Part shown: positions 11,997 to 23,640 of the stretch, one piece after another
Layout of the letters: each line of letters starts with the position of its first letter
Position numbering within the stretch: the first letter of the stretch is position 1
DNA from: Azolla caroliniana
Taxonomy: Eukaryota; Plantae; Polypodiophyta
Assembly (NCBI GenBank): GCA_043228905.1
Contig: JBHGNT010000007.1
Span: 13,082,001 to 13,146,000, forward strand
Length of the DNA: 64,000 bases
Reading direction: 5' to 3'
Translations under genes and position numbers: made by a program
Notes under the pieces: generated by a model
The model's input: only the letters and a program-made list of their open reading frames with translations
Databases searched by the model: none
What the model was told of the DNA's origin: nothing

Positions 11997-14900
11997 ATGG
12001 AAGCCGGCGGCAGCGGGCAGCCGGGGATGATGGTGCTGAATGCGCAGAATTACGCCGACTGGAAGATCAAGATGGAGGATCTTCTGATTGTTCGGGACCT
12101 GTACGAACCGATTGACAGGTCGGAAATACCGAAGGGGGTACTTGAGTCGGAATGGAGACTTCTGAACCGGGAAGCCGTTGCAACCATTCGGCAATACGTT
12201 GACGTGAGCGTTCTACAACATGTGGCGAACGACACCAACGCATATGAGATGTGGCGGAAGCTGTCGGGCCTCTACGAGAGGAAGAATGCGTTGAACCGGA
12301 CCTCCCTGATGAGGAAGATAGTGAACCTCAAGTACCGGGACGGCGAGAGTATGGTGGAACACGTAAGCACGTTCATGGGATTCGTGAACCAGCTTGCGGC
12401 GATCAAGTTCCCGTTGGAGGATGCAATGCAAGCCATCATATTGATGTGTACATTGCCGGAAAGCTGGGAGAACTTGGTGGTGACTCTCAGCACCTCCTGC
12501 ACCGAAGATAACTTGTCCCTACAAACGGTAAAGACAAGTATCTTGAACGAAGAAGCGCGTCGGAGAGATAAAGAACCGGCCTCCGATTCCAAGGCGCTGC
12601 TTACCGAATCGGAACGGGGAAGACAATGGAACCGGAGTCCACAAAGACGGGAGAAGTCGGGGACCCGGTCGCAATCAAGAGGAAGGCCCACATGCTTCCA
12701 CTGTGGGAAGCCGGGGCACTTCCGGAAGAATTGTCGGCATTACCGAAAAGACAACGGAGCCGACGACACCGATTCGAAGAAGTCACTGGAGCGAAACGGT
12801 GCACACCGGGGAGCCACGGACCGGAGAGGTCCGGATCGGCGAGGGCAGGACCGGAGAGGAACGACGGCACTCGCGGCAAGTGAAGAAGAGATAATGCTCA
12901 TTACCGAAGAGAGGGAGCTGAACCTTGCCGGCGATGAGACGACCTGGGTGGTCGACTCCGGAGCGTCGTTCCACTTGACCCCGGAGAAGAAATACTTCTC
13001 ATCCTACACAGCCGGTGAGCACGGCTGTGTCCGGATGGGAAATGAAGGTACATGCCGGATTGCCGGCATAGGAGACGTGTCGCTGATGACATCAACCGGA
13101 TGCAAGATGCTGCTGAAGGATGTCCGACACGTTCCGGAGGTTCGATTGAACCTGATTTCGGCCGGGAGGCTAGACGATGAAGGCTACACGGGTAGCATCC
13201 GGAACGGTGTCATGAAGTTCAGCAAAGGGAGCCTGATAGTGGCTCGGGCCCGGAAAGTCAACACACTGTACCTTATGAATGCCCGGTTGTGTCTGGAGGA
13301 GCTGAACGTGGCAGCCGACACTGCCGGTGAGCTGTGGCACAAGAGACTGTGCCACATGAGTGAGAAGGGGATGAAGAGGCTTGCAGAAGACAACCTCATT
13401 CCAGTGAAGCATGTGCACCTGGAGAAGTGCACCGATTGCCTGGCCGGTAAGCAGAACCGAGCCTCCTTCCACTCAAGGCCACCGACGAGACGTAGTACAC
13501 CATTGGAGTTGGTGCACACTGATGTGTGTCAAGTAGAAACGAAGTCACATGGCGGAGCCCAGTACTTCGTGACATTCATTGATGACCACAGCCGGAAGCT
13601 GTGGTCGGCACCGTTAAAGACAAAGGACCAAGTATTGTCCGTCTTCAAAGAACTCCACGCGAGAGTGGAAAGAGAATCCGGCAAGAAGCTGAAAGCGATA
13701 CGAGCGGATAACGGAGGGGAATACCGGGGGCAGTTCGCGGAGTACTGTCGCTCGAAGGGAATCCGGCTCGAGTTTACTGTGCCGAAGACGCCGGAACTGA
13801 ACGGGCTGGCCGAGAGGATGAACCGGACCATAATGGAGAGGGTCCGGAGTATGCTGGCACATGCGAAATTACCCAAGGGGTTTTGGGCTGAGGCAATGTC
13901 GACGGCGACATACGTGATTAACAGATCACCCTCAGTACCTTTGGACGGAGACACGCCGCAGAGAGTGTGGACCGGTAGGGAAGTGTCCTACCGGCATCTG
14001 AAGGTGTTCGGGTGTCTCGCATACGTGCATGTGGCAAAGGACCGGAGAGGAAAGCTAGATCCAAAGACCCGGCCATGCATATTCCTCGGTTACGGCGACG
14101 ACGAGTTCGGCTACCGAGTATGGGACCCGGTCGACAAGAAGATAGTCAGGAGTCGAGATATCATCTTCATGGAGGACAAGACACTCGCCGACTGGGAGTC
14201 GGCGAAGAAGATGAAGAGCTCCAAGTCGACCGGTGAGAATCAACTCTACGACCAGCAGTCCCGACCGGCAAGGGACCGGTTAACACTCGAAGATCCGGCC
14301 GAAGACGGTGAAGAAACAGAACCGGCCGAAGAAGATGAAAATGATACCGGAACCGGCCCCGATCCCGAAATGGATTCGGATGAAGAAACGGAGGAGCCGG
14401 TTACCGAAGCTCCGGAACGGAGATATCCTCTAAGAGAGAGAAGGGCCCCCCGGAGATTTCCGGAACCAGAGCACGTGCTGCTAACCGACGAGGGGGAGCC
14501 GAAGAGTTTTGAAGAAGCAAAGCTTGACACCCATAGCCGCAGGTGGTTAAGTGCCATGCAGGAGGAGATGGATTCCCTGCATGAGAACCACACATATGAA
14601 CTTGTGGAGTTGCCGAAAGGAAAACAGGCACTCCGTAACAAGTGGGTATTCAAGCTGAAACCGGGAGATGCCGGAAACCCCCCGAGATACAAAGCCAGGA
14701 TCGTGGTGAAGGGGTTTCAGCAGAAGAAGGGCGTCGACTTCGACGAGATATTTGCCCCGGTAGTGAAGATGACCTCCATCCGGACGGTGCTGAGCATAGC
14801 GGCAAGCATGGACCTCGAGGTAGAACAGTTGGACGTGAAGACGGCATTCCTTCACGGTGACCTCGAAGAAGAGATCTACATGCAGCAACCGGAAGGATTC

Positions 14901-16067
14901 GAGAAGAAAGGGAAGGAGCACCTGGTATGCCGGCTGAAGAAGAGCCTTTACGGACTGAAGCAGGCTCCCCGGCAGTGGTACCGGAAGTTCGACTCCTTCA
15001 TGACCGACGAAGGGTACCACAAAACGCAGTCTGATCATTGCGTGTTTGTGAAGGAGTTCGAAGGAGGAGATTTTCTAATACTCCTCCTGTACGTGGACGA
15101 CATGTTGATCGTCGGACAGGACCAGGTCAAGATACGGATGCTGAAGAAGGCTCTTCACCGAACCTTCTCAATGAAGGACTTGGGTCCGGCGAGGCAAATA
15201 CTAGGGATGCACATCATCCGGGACCGGAAGAAGAAGCAGTTGTGGCTGTCACAGGAGAAGTACGTGACAAAGGTGCTTCACCGGTTCAACATGTCGGAAG
15301 CAAGACCGGTCGGGTCAACACTCCCGACAAACTGCAAGCTGTCCAGCAAGCAAAGCCCCAAGACAAAGGCTGAGAAGGAGGACATGATGAAAGTACCATA
15401 TGCCTCTGCCGTCGGGAGCTTGATGTACGCAATGGTGTGTACCCGACCGGACATAGGATATGCAGTCGGAGTGGTGAGTCGGTACATGAGCAATCCCGGC
15501 AAAGAGCACTGGAACGCGGTCAAATGGATACTCCGATACTTAAAGGGCACTTCGAACATGTGCCTCCGATTCGGCTCCGGTGAGCCCGAACTCGATGGAT
15601 TTACCGATTCGGACATGTCGGCTGATGCGGATACCAGCCGGTCCACATCCGGGTATGTGATGACCTATGCAGGGGGAGCTGTTTCATGGCAGTCGAGGCT
15701 GCAGAAGACGGTTGCGTTGTCAACCACGGAGGCGGAGTACATGGCGGCTGTTGAAGCCGGCAAGGAAATAATATGGATGAAGGACTTCATTAGAGAGCTC
15801 GGTATCCGGCAGGAGGAGTACCGAATCTACTGCGACAGTCAGAGTGCCATCCACCTTGCGAAGAACGCTGCCTATCATTCCCGGACGAAACACATCCAGC
15901 GTAGATACCACTGGATCCGGGAAAGGATAGAAGACAAGGAGTTCGTGCTGACGAAGATCCACACGGACGAGAACGGGTCGGATATGCTGACCAAGGTGCT
16001 CACACCCGACAAGCTGGAAGCATGCCGGAAGAGGATCGGATTGGAGAGACATCCCATGCCGAAGTGA
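11997..16067 (+). CDS. Copia Gag-Pol polyprotein (gag, CCHC knuckle, protease, GAG-pre-integrase, integrase, RT, RNase H), 1356 aa from the first ATG
   Basis: CFHCGKPGHFRKNC; WVVDSGAS; LWHKRLCH; HTDVC..RADNGGEY..GLAER; QLDVKTAFLHG; LLYVDDML; FTDSD; RTKHI. No stops. Confidence 0.97.
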   Translation: MEAGGSGQPGMMVLNAQNYADWKIKMEDLLIVRDLYEPIDRSEIPKGVLESEWRLLNREAVATIRQYVDVSVLQHVANDTNAYEMWRKLSGLYERKNALNRTSLMRKIVNLKYRDGESMVEHVSTFMGFVNQLAAIKFPLEDAMQAIILMCTLPESWENLVVTLSTSCTEDNLSLQTVKTSILNEEARRRDKEPASDSKALLTESERGRQWNRSPQRREKSGTRSQSRGRPTCFHCGKPGHFRKNCRHYRKDNGADDTDSKKSLERNGAHRGATDRRGPDRRGQDRRGTTALAASEEEIMLITEERELNLAGDETTWVVDSGASFHLTPEKKYFSSYTAGEHGCVRMGNEGTCRIAGIGDVSLMTSTGCKMLLKDVRHVPEVRLNLISAGRLDDEGYTGSIRNGVMKFSKGSLIVARARKVNTLYLMNARLCLEELNVAADTAGELWHKRLCHMSEKGMKRLAEDNLIPVKHVHLEKCTDCLAGKQNRASFHSRPPTRRSTPLELVHTDVCQVETKSHGGAQYFVTFIDDHSRKLWSAPLKTKDQVLSVFKELHARVERESGKKLKAIRADNGGEYRGQFAEYCRSKGIRLEFTVPKTPELNGLAERMNRTIMERVRSMLAHAKLPKGFWAEAMSTATYVINRSPSVPLDGDTPQRVWTGREVSYRHLKVFGCLAYVHVAKDRRGKLDPKTRPCIFLGYGDDEFGYRVWDPVDKKIVRSRDIIFMEDKTLADWESAKKMKSSKSTGENQLYDQQSRPARDRLTLEDPAEDGEETEPAEEDENDTGTGPDPEMDSDEETEEPVTEAPERRYPLRERRAPRRFPEPEHVLLTDEGEPKSFEEAKLDTHSRRWLSAMQEEMDSLHENHTYELVELPKGKQALRNKWVFKLKPGDAGNPPRYKARIVVKGFQQKKGVDFDEIFAPVVKMTSIRTVLSIAASMDLEVEQLDVKTAFLHGDLEEEIYMQQPEGFEKKGKEHLVCRLKKSLYGLKQAPRQWYRKFDSFMTDEGYHKTQSDHCVFVKEFEGGDFLILLLYVDDMLIVGQDQVKIRMLKKALHRTFSMKDLGPARQILGMHIIRDRKKKQLWLSQEKYVTKVLHRFNMSEARPVGSTLPTNCKLSSKQSPKTKAEKEDMMKVPYASAVGSLMYAMVCTRPDIGYAVGVVSRYMSNPGKEHWNAVKWILRYLKGTSNMCLRFGSGEPELDGFTDSDMSADADTSRSTSGYVMTYAGGAVSWQSRLQKTVALSTTEAEYMAAVEAGKEIIWMKDFIRELGIRQEEYRIYCDSQSAIHLAKNAAYHSRTKHIQRRYHWIRERIEDKEFVLTKIHTDENGSDMLTKVLTPDKLEACRKRIGLERHPMPK

Positions 16068-16077
16068 AGGGGGAGTT

Positions 16078-16728
16078 TGTTGGGATTTCGGTCCCTCCGG
16101 ATGGGATGTCCGGAGATGAATGACGGCAAGCCCGGTTGCGGTTACGGAACCGGAGGATGAAGAGTACCCGGCATGAAGCCGGATGAAGAGTACCCGGCTA
16201 CGGAGCCGGATGATGAAGACCCCGGCTACGGAGCCGGATGACGAATGTACCCGGAGAGAGATCCGGATGCGGGAACATATTTGTGAATATGTTTACCAAG
16301 AGCCCTTGAGGCTATACTTGTAAATAGCCCGAAAGTCATATGTGTATAAATATGACTTAGGGCAAACAGTTTTGTTGTTGCTACTTATTTTTCTGTTTTT
16401 CCACTCAAGAGGAGTGAGGAGAGAGCAGCCGTGAGAGAGACAGAGCGTGAGAGAGGAAGAGGTCGACACCTCTGTGTAATACCGCCGCCTGTGGCGAGGA
16501 TAGCGAGCTCAGGGTCGTCGCCTTGCAGCTCGCCATTGTATATTTCTCTGTGCATAGTTTTGGTTTGGAGTCTTGCACTCCCGTGGTTTTTCCCGTATAG
16601 GGTTTTCCACGTTAATCCCTGTGTTATCGTGTCTTTCTCGGTATTTCCTATTTTCTGCAACAACGATTCGTGTGTTTCCTCGGTTGTGGCCGAGAGGTGA
16701 AGGTGAATCGGAGCGTCGATTCCCAACA
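16078..16728 (+). repeat. 3' LTR of copia D
   Basis: Preceded by PPT GAAGGGGGAG (16066-16075); followed by TSD CGTAG. Confidence 0.97.
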
Positions 16729-17035
16729 CGTAGTTCTTCTGCGCGTTGTATTCCCCGTCCGAACCCGATTCAAATGCCGAAAATGCTTCGGATTCGCCTT
16801 CCCCCACTGCCAATGCTTGGAGAAGGGATTCCACTTCCCGGAGGCTGCTTCCTTCGTCTGGGTAGGCATTTTGTGGTAACCGAAGTGACTCCTTGGCCAC
16901 TCTCCGGATCACCTTGGAAAATGAGCGATCCGCTCTGATTTCTTCTGCCGCTTGCTGGAAAGCCTCTCGCTTCCTTAGCCATTCAGCAAGTCTCCTTGCT
17001 CGCTCCGTAACCGGGTCGTTCATTGGTCGCGTCAT
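16729..17035 (-). pseudogene. Gypsy A gag N-terminus
   Basis: ATG at 17035 just downstream of the PBS (MTRPMNDPVTERARRLAEWL...); host sequence continues at 11316 after removing D. Confidence 0.7.
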
Positions 17036-17070
17036 CCATTCCTGCCGATGTTCGGTGCAATTGTGCAGGA

Positions 17071-17083
17071 TTCGTGGTCGCCA
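17071..17083 (-). promoter_or_regulatory. PBS of gypsy A, probably tRNA-Arg
   Basis: Minus strand TGGCGACCACGAA after a short T-rich spacer; complementary to ...GTGGTCGCCA tRNA-Arg(UCG)-type 3' ends (recalled, not searched). Confidence 0.75.
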
Positions 17084-17090
17084 AAAACTG

Positions 17091-17480
17091 TGTTAATCCT
17101 TAGGGCCGGACAATGGCCTAACACAGGGTGTCTCCGGAAGACACTTCACCAAAGGGGTGTTACGGCGAGATAAGTTAAGACACAACGATTAATCTGACTT
17201 AATTGACTACTTAGCAATAAGGCATTCACTTAATACACGCGTAAGATATAACAATTAGTATAGAACGGTAATCAATACGTGAAGATAAAACAAGAAGCTT
17301 ATATTAATTCTCCGTTAAAGTTATACATTGTAACCGGGCCTTTATATAGGTCACCGGTGCTGCGTACAAAACGGTGCCAACCGGCACCTATTCGGAACCG
17401 GTCCGGATCCAGATCGGCATACTGATTCCAGTCCGTCCATTCACTACATAATTATAATCTATTCTACTTAATTAAAACAT
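17091..17480 (-). repeat. 5' LTR of gypsy A (outer boundary uncertain)
   Basis: Adjacent to PBS; minus-strand TATA (CCTATATAAAG at ~17340-17350); partner LTR is not in the window. Confidence 0.6.
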
Positions 17481-17500
17481 ATTCCGAATAACCATCCCTT

Positions 17501-17951
17501 TCACATTCTTGTCTTTAATCCTTTGCCGGCCAGAAACAAGGCAACACTTCGTAGGCTAACATTCCGAGTACAAAAGTTCCGTTTTCGGCATCCGTTATCC
17601 AATATGGTCTTGTCTACCGGCATCAGAGCTTTGCCGATTTCGAATGCCTTTTCATTCCCTTGACAATGCATGTCAACAAATGCTTTCCGCCGTCGTTGTT
17701 CCTGTTCCAATATGGCCATGTTACGGATCTGATTTTCTCCGAGTGAATGCCTTTTCATTCCCTTGATGATGCATGTCGACAAATGCTTTCCGCCGTCATT
17801 GTTCCTGTTCCAATATGGCCATGTTATGGATCCGATTTTCTCCAAGTTCTAAGATTTGTTGGAGCCGCACCTATTTGAACTCTCTTTCCTTGAGATGTTC
17901 TCGAACTTGGACGCATAGACTTAGGAATTGAAATTCGACTAGCATGACCGT
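17501..17951 (-). pseudogene. Gypsy integrase C-terminal fragment with an internal ~100-bp tandem duplication
   Basis: EQEQRRRKAFVD motif as in gypsy A integrase; 17642-17741 is repeated at 17745-17843. Confidence 0.75.
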
Positions 17952-20464
17952 TGTTGAGATACAAGCTCAACATTGTGTGCGTAAACCAGTGCATAGACTA
18001 GGTGCGTAAACCGGGTGTGCAACGAGAGCCGGTAGCGATGCGTAAACCGAGAGGCCATTGGATAGATATTCCCGCAGAGGAGTATATTTTGGGAGTTAGT
18101 GTATGGGCTCATGGATGAGCATTGAAGTACGAGTCAATACTTCTGTGAGTTCGTATGGACTTGTATAAAAGTGCTCTCTAAAAACATCCTATGTACAAAA
18201 TTTTAGAGTATTGTTTTGGGATAGAGTTTTCTGTGTTCTGCTCTCTCTGTCTCTCCCATTTACACTATGTTGATTAAGCTTTCCATTAAACCTTCCTCAT
18301 CTTCCTTGCCTCTTTGTCTTTAGTCTGTTGTTACCCGGTTGTGGTTGTTAAGCTTCCGCTCGTATTCTTTTACATGGTATCAGAGTGCGAGGGTTCGGAT
18401 CCTCTGCTACCGACAAACAGACAAACCCTAATCATGGTGAAGAACAGAAGAAGGAGACATCGGAGCTCTTGAAGAGAGTCCAATCTCATTCATGCTAAGT
18501 GGGTCGAATGAGTGACTGAGTCGGCATGACCAATCAGATGCACAGCCGAGGAGTAGTGGTGACTTGGGTGTGCATTCCCCACGCATGAAGCCAAGGAGAA
18601 AGTTTACACACAAAGAGAAGGGAAAGGAGAAGATGTTGAGGTACGGGATTGATAAAGATGAATCGGATCGAGGCAAATCGGACTCCAAGAAGAATGATGA
18701 CGGACCTTCGGAAACGAAGTATGCGTCGGCCAAGAGAGCCTCAAAATCGGCTAATGAGCAATTACCCCAATCTATCCACCCAAAGAACCCTATGGTGCAG
18801 TTCGGATACAACGAGTACATGGCACATTATTATGCATACATGACGCGAGTGGCGGAAGTGTGTGAGCCGGAGAGCTACGCAGAAGCGGAGAAGGACGAAA
18901 TTTGGCATGTCGCAATGGAGGAAGAGATGCACGCATTAGCAGAAAATGAAACTTGGGACCTGGTTGACCCCCAAAGGGTGTAAAGCTGATTGGATGCAGG
19001 TGGGTGTACAAGGTCAAGTACAACTCCGATGTCTTTGTCAACCGCAACAAGACCCGATTAGTGGGGAAGGGATACGCATAGCAACACAGCATCGACTACG
19101 ATGAGACCTTTGTGCCTTTTGTGAAGATGACAACCATCTGGGTTCTGCTTGCGGTAGCTGCAGTAAGGGGTGGCATTTACATCAGATGTATGTAAAGAAT
19201 GCATTCCACCAAGGAGAATTTCAGGAGAAAGTGTACATGGTACAACCCCCCGGATTTCAATCTAGAAAGAACACTTCGGCACTATGTTGACTGAAGAAGG
19301 CCCTCTACGGACTAAAACAAGCCCCGCACGCGTGGAACGCGAAGATCACGCAACACCTGCATCGGATGGGTTTTGCGATGTCGAAATCAGACTCTTCATT
19401 GTTCGTCAGGCAAGGTCGACATGGACCGGCTAGTATTTTACTTTATGTTGATTTAGTCATCACCGGCACCAACCTAGATGAAATCAGCCGCATAAAGTCC
19501 AAGCTCACGGCATCATTGAACATGAAGGACCTAGGGCACCTTCATTACTTCCTAGCGATCAAAGTGATCTACACCCTCGAAGGCATATAGTTGATTAGCC
19601 AACGACATTACGTGCTGAGTATGCTCTTCAAATTCAAGATGGTAGACTATAAGTCCATCTCAACTCCTCTCTACCGAAAGGTCAAGCTTCGCCAAGATTC
19701 GGGAAAGGTGTGCGACCCGACACGGTTCCGATAGATTGTCGGAAGCCTAATTTATTTGACGATGCTCGGCCGAATCTTAGTTACCCAGTCGGCCTGGTCA
19801 GTCAATTTATGTCGCAGCCCACAGCCGAAAACCTTTAGTGCGGCGTGCAAAGGATATATTGCATTGTCCACAACACTAAGGATAGGGCACTACTATATCG
19901 GACTGCTATTACCGAATAGCTTGTCGGCTACTCGGATTCACATCTGGGTTCGCTTTCTCGCTTGGGAGCGCCGCGATCGCCTGGAGTAGCAAGAAACAGC
20001 CGACAGTTGCATAATCGAGCACAGAGTGGACAGAATCTCAAGTTGAGCTTGAGGGGGAGTGTTGAGTGACAAGCTCAACATTTGGTGCGTAACCCAGTGC
20101 GTAGACTGGGTGCGTAAAACAGTACGCATAACATAAGTAGTAGTGGTGCGTAAACCGCGAGGCCGTTGGAAAGATATTCCGCATAGGAATATATTTTGAG
20201 AGTTAGTGTACAGCTCAGTTATGAGCATTGAAGTACATGTCAATACTTTTGTCAGTCCGTATGGACTTGTATAAAAGTGCTCACTGAGCACATCCTATGT
20301 ACAGAGTGTCATTATTTTGAAATAGAACTGAGTTGTCTGCTCTCTCTCTCTGTCTCTCCATCTCCATCTCCATCTCTGTGTTTTCTACGTTTACCGAACT
20401 GTCTTATTTCCGAACTGTGTACTCTGTGTTTACGCACACGCTTCCGCACACGTATTCTTCTACA
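17952..20464 (+). mobile_element. Internally deleted, chimeric Ty1/copia element E (LTR, PBS, RT, RNase H, PPT, LTR; no gag/PR/INT)
   Basis: LTRs 17952-18374 and 20060-20464; PBS TGGTATCAGAG at 18375; ENETWDLVD and LLYVD motifs; PPT GAGGGGGAG; no TSD; LTR 3' halves differ. Confidence 0.85.
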
Positions 20465-23400
20465 CGCACCTCAATATGCGTCGGCTTCGCATGATAGACG
20501 GGATTGTTGATGAGGTGTATTGTGCTTTGTGAGTCACAATAGATAATCAGCGTTGGTCGGTCTATTCGGTTTGCAGTTCCGAAGTCGGTAGTTAGTCGGT
20601 GTAGCCAGATCACTTCCTTCGTTGCTTCCAATGTTGTTATATACTCAGCTTCTATGGTAGACAGAGTCGTTCACTCTTGAAGTTTCGACCTCCATGATAT
20701 CGCAGCGCCACCATAGGTGAAGATGTAGCATGATGTCGATTTCCCATTGTCCATGTTTCCGGCATAGTTGGAGTCGGTGTAGCCTTCGATTTCGGCTGAG
20801 ATTGTCAGTCTGAAAGTCAATTGTGCATCCGTGGTTCCTCTTAGATACCTAAGGATGTGCTTGACGGCCTCCCAATGCTTCTTTCCTGGTTTTGACATGT
20901 ATCGGTTGACCACCCCTACAACATATATGGGCTAGGTCGGGTCGGGTCGCCACTATTGCGTACATGATACTTCCTATTGCCGATGCTTAGGTTATTTTTC
21001 CATTAAGCTCTCCCTCCTTGTCCGTTGCAGGAGAGTCTCTCTCCAATATTCCGATCGATTTCAGAAGCGGTGTCGGTGCTAGCTTCGCGTTCTCCATGTT
21101 GAAGCGCTTCAGCACCTTGCGGATGTATTCGGACTAGGAGAGTCAAAGAGTTTTGGTCATCCGATTTCACTCTATTCTCATGTCTAGTATGTGTCGGGCT
21201 TGTCCGAGTTCCTTCATCGCAAACTTTGCGTGAAGGCTCCGCTTTAGCTTACCGATCTCTTCTTGATTGCTCCCTGCAATCACCATGTCGTCGATGTATA
21301 GGATCAGATAGATCCTTCACTCGTCGGCCAATTGCCGAACATACATGCATGGGTCAGAGTCTGATCTGTTGTATCCAAGCTGTCTTATGTAGGAGTCAAA
21401 CTTTTGGTACCACATTCTCGGCGCTTGTTTTAGGCCATATAGACTTTTCTTTTGTCGACATACGAGGTGACTGTCATCCTCCGTCGCCGTGAAGCCTGCT
21501 GGTTGAGACATGTATATGTCTTCTTCCAGATCTCCGTGTAGGAATGTCATCTTTACGTCCATCTGCTCAAGCTCTAGATCTTCTGTCTCCACGACTCCTA
21601 GTAGGAGTTGGAAGGTGGTCATCTTGACTACTGGTGAGAATATAGTGTCGTAGTCGACCCCGTATTCCTATTTGAATCCTTTCACAACAAGCCGACCTTT
21701 ATACTTGGGTTTCTCTGAGTTGGATACATACTTGTATCGGAACACCCATTTGCAAGGTAGCAGCTTTCTTCCTACTGGTGGTTCGACTAGCTCCCATGTT
21801 TGATTCTGATGAATCGAGTCCATTTCGGATTTCAAGGCCTGTAGCCATGTTTCGGCATCTGGTGCGGCCATAACTTCGTTATAGGTGTGTGGTTCACCTA
21901 CATCCGTGTAGTGGACATAGTCGAGGCCTGGTTAATAAAACTCGGTTTGCCTTCGAGCTCGTCCAAATCTCCTGGGTGCCTTAATATCTGGTTCAGATTC
22001 TTCGATCGGTTCAAATTGACAATTGGTATTTGTTGAACCAGTTGTATCAGGAGTCTTGTTAGGTGTCCCACCCTTGGTTTGGGATTTCGGCGCTGACTGG
22101 TTGTTCTCCCCTATGGTTGTTGTCGACTTCGTTCTGACTGGCCTCTTAGCGACTCTGCCTTTGTCAACTCTTGTCGATTCAGTTGTTTCTTTGATTGCTT
22201 GATCTTTGAGTTTGATGTTAGGACTTGTTGTCGATTCAGTGTCGGCAGGGAAGTTAGCAGTTTATTGGAGTTTGATTGTTTGTCAAGTCTCTAATTCGGC
22301 CCGTTGGGTCGGTCCTTCTACGACAATGTTGTCATCTTTGAAGGATACCTTCTTACCAACTGTTTTCTGTTGGTTCTATTGAGAGAAGATAGAGTCTTCA
22401 TTGAAGACTACGTCGCTGCTCCGGATCAATTTCTGGTTCTCAAGGTCCCATAGCCGGTAGCTGAAGTCCCCATCAGTTCCATAACCGAGAAATATGCGCT
22501 TTGTTGCATGGGGTGCCAACATCATCCTTTTGTTCCTAGGGATGAACACGGCTTCGCATCCGAATATATGGAGCCTATTGTAGGTCGGTTGTTTGCCTGA
22601 CCATAGTGCCCGTGGCACTTTGAGCTTGATTGCTCTTGACAACGCTAGATTTATAAGGTACACTATCGTCTGCAATGCCTCGGCCCAGAATTCCAGGTTT
22701 AGTCCAGCTTGTTGGAGCATTGTCGTCACCCTATCCTGGATCGTTCGGTTGATCCGTTCAGCCACCCCATTCTACATGGGTGTGTGAGGAACGGTCTTTT
22801 GATGCCGGAACCCTTTTTCGGACAGGTATTGTTTGAAGGCTCTAGAGGTGTACTCACCTCCGTTGTCAGATCGGAGTGTCTTCACTATGTGTCCCGACTG
22901 GTTCTCCACTTCAAATATCAATCCAGTGAAGACCTCGAGTGCTTCATCTTTAGACTTGATGGAGTATGCCCAAACTTTCCATGTACAGTCATCTACAAAT
23001 GTGATGAAGTATCGGGAGCCTCCTAGTGATCGCTCCGGCATGGGCCCACATATGTCTGTGTGCACGAGCTCTAGGGGTTATCGTACCACTCGTAGTGGAG
23101 AGAGTGTGGACTTCGGGTCTGTTTCCCATATCGACAATGCTCACAAAAGTTCTTCTTTGTCTGGAGTTTCGGGATGTAGGCAACCGACATCGGCCAATCA
23201 AGTCCGGCGTGAGACATATGGCCAAATCGGCCATGCCATAAGTTCGGGTCGGTTTTCTCGACTACGTTCACGGCCCCTTCAGGGTTGATAGTTATGCCCA
23301 CAACCAATTTTGAGATTTCCTCAACTGATCACCCATGTCGACTCATGTAGAGTCGTTCGATACTTGTCTTCGGCTAACATGCCGATGGAGACCAAACTCC

Positions 23401-23640
23401 TCTTTAGATCGGGTATGTGCCGAACTCAGTGCAGGGTTATTGTGTTGCCATTTGGCAATATGATGGGAACCTCCCCGATTCCGGCTATCTTGCACTCCTG
23501 CCCGTTCCCCAGTCGGACTATGCCATTGGCGTCGTCTGAATAGTTCGAGAACCATTCAATGTTTCTGTCGGCTTGTTCTTTCATTCGACTCTGTCGGTCG
23601 AACGACTCAGTCGAGTGATGGGCTTTCTGCCGACTCATCG
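20465..23640 (-). mobile_element. Degenerate Ty1/copia internal region F (PR, INT, RT, RNase H), no LTRs seen
   Basis: HTDICGPM..RSDNGGEY; QMDVKMTFLHGDLEE; YGLKQAPR; GYTDSNYAG; YCDSQSTIHL. Confidence 0.9.

Larger units (their letters stand above)
11317..16728 (+). mobile_element. Intact Ty1/copia element D (Tto1/Tnt1-like, Tork-type), young
   Basis: 651-bp LTRs at 11317-11967 and 16078-16728 with about 4 substitutions seen; TSD CGTAG (11312-11316, 16729-16733); PBS for tRNA-iMet; PPT; uninterrupted ORF. Confidence 0.98.
1..17480 (-). mobile_element. Ty3/gypsy LTR retrotransposon A (non-chromovirus type), degenerate; interrupted by elements B and D; 3' end lies outside the window
   Basis: Minus-strand order gag, PR (IIDGGSG), RT, RNase H, INT (GPLKP, DYCTKWVEA, STPYYPQAN). 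Host sequence resumes across both insertions at the TSDs GTTGC and CGTAG. tRNA PBS next to an LTR starting ~17091; outer LTR boundary approximate. Confidence 0.9.

Noticed and set aside
16385-17035. Novel 216-aa gene
   Set aside because: Artefactual fusion of the gypsy A gag N-terminus with the antisense strand of the D LTR.
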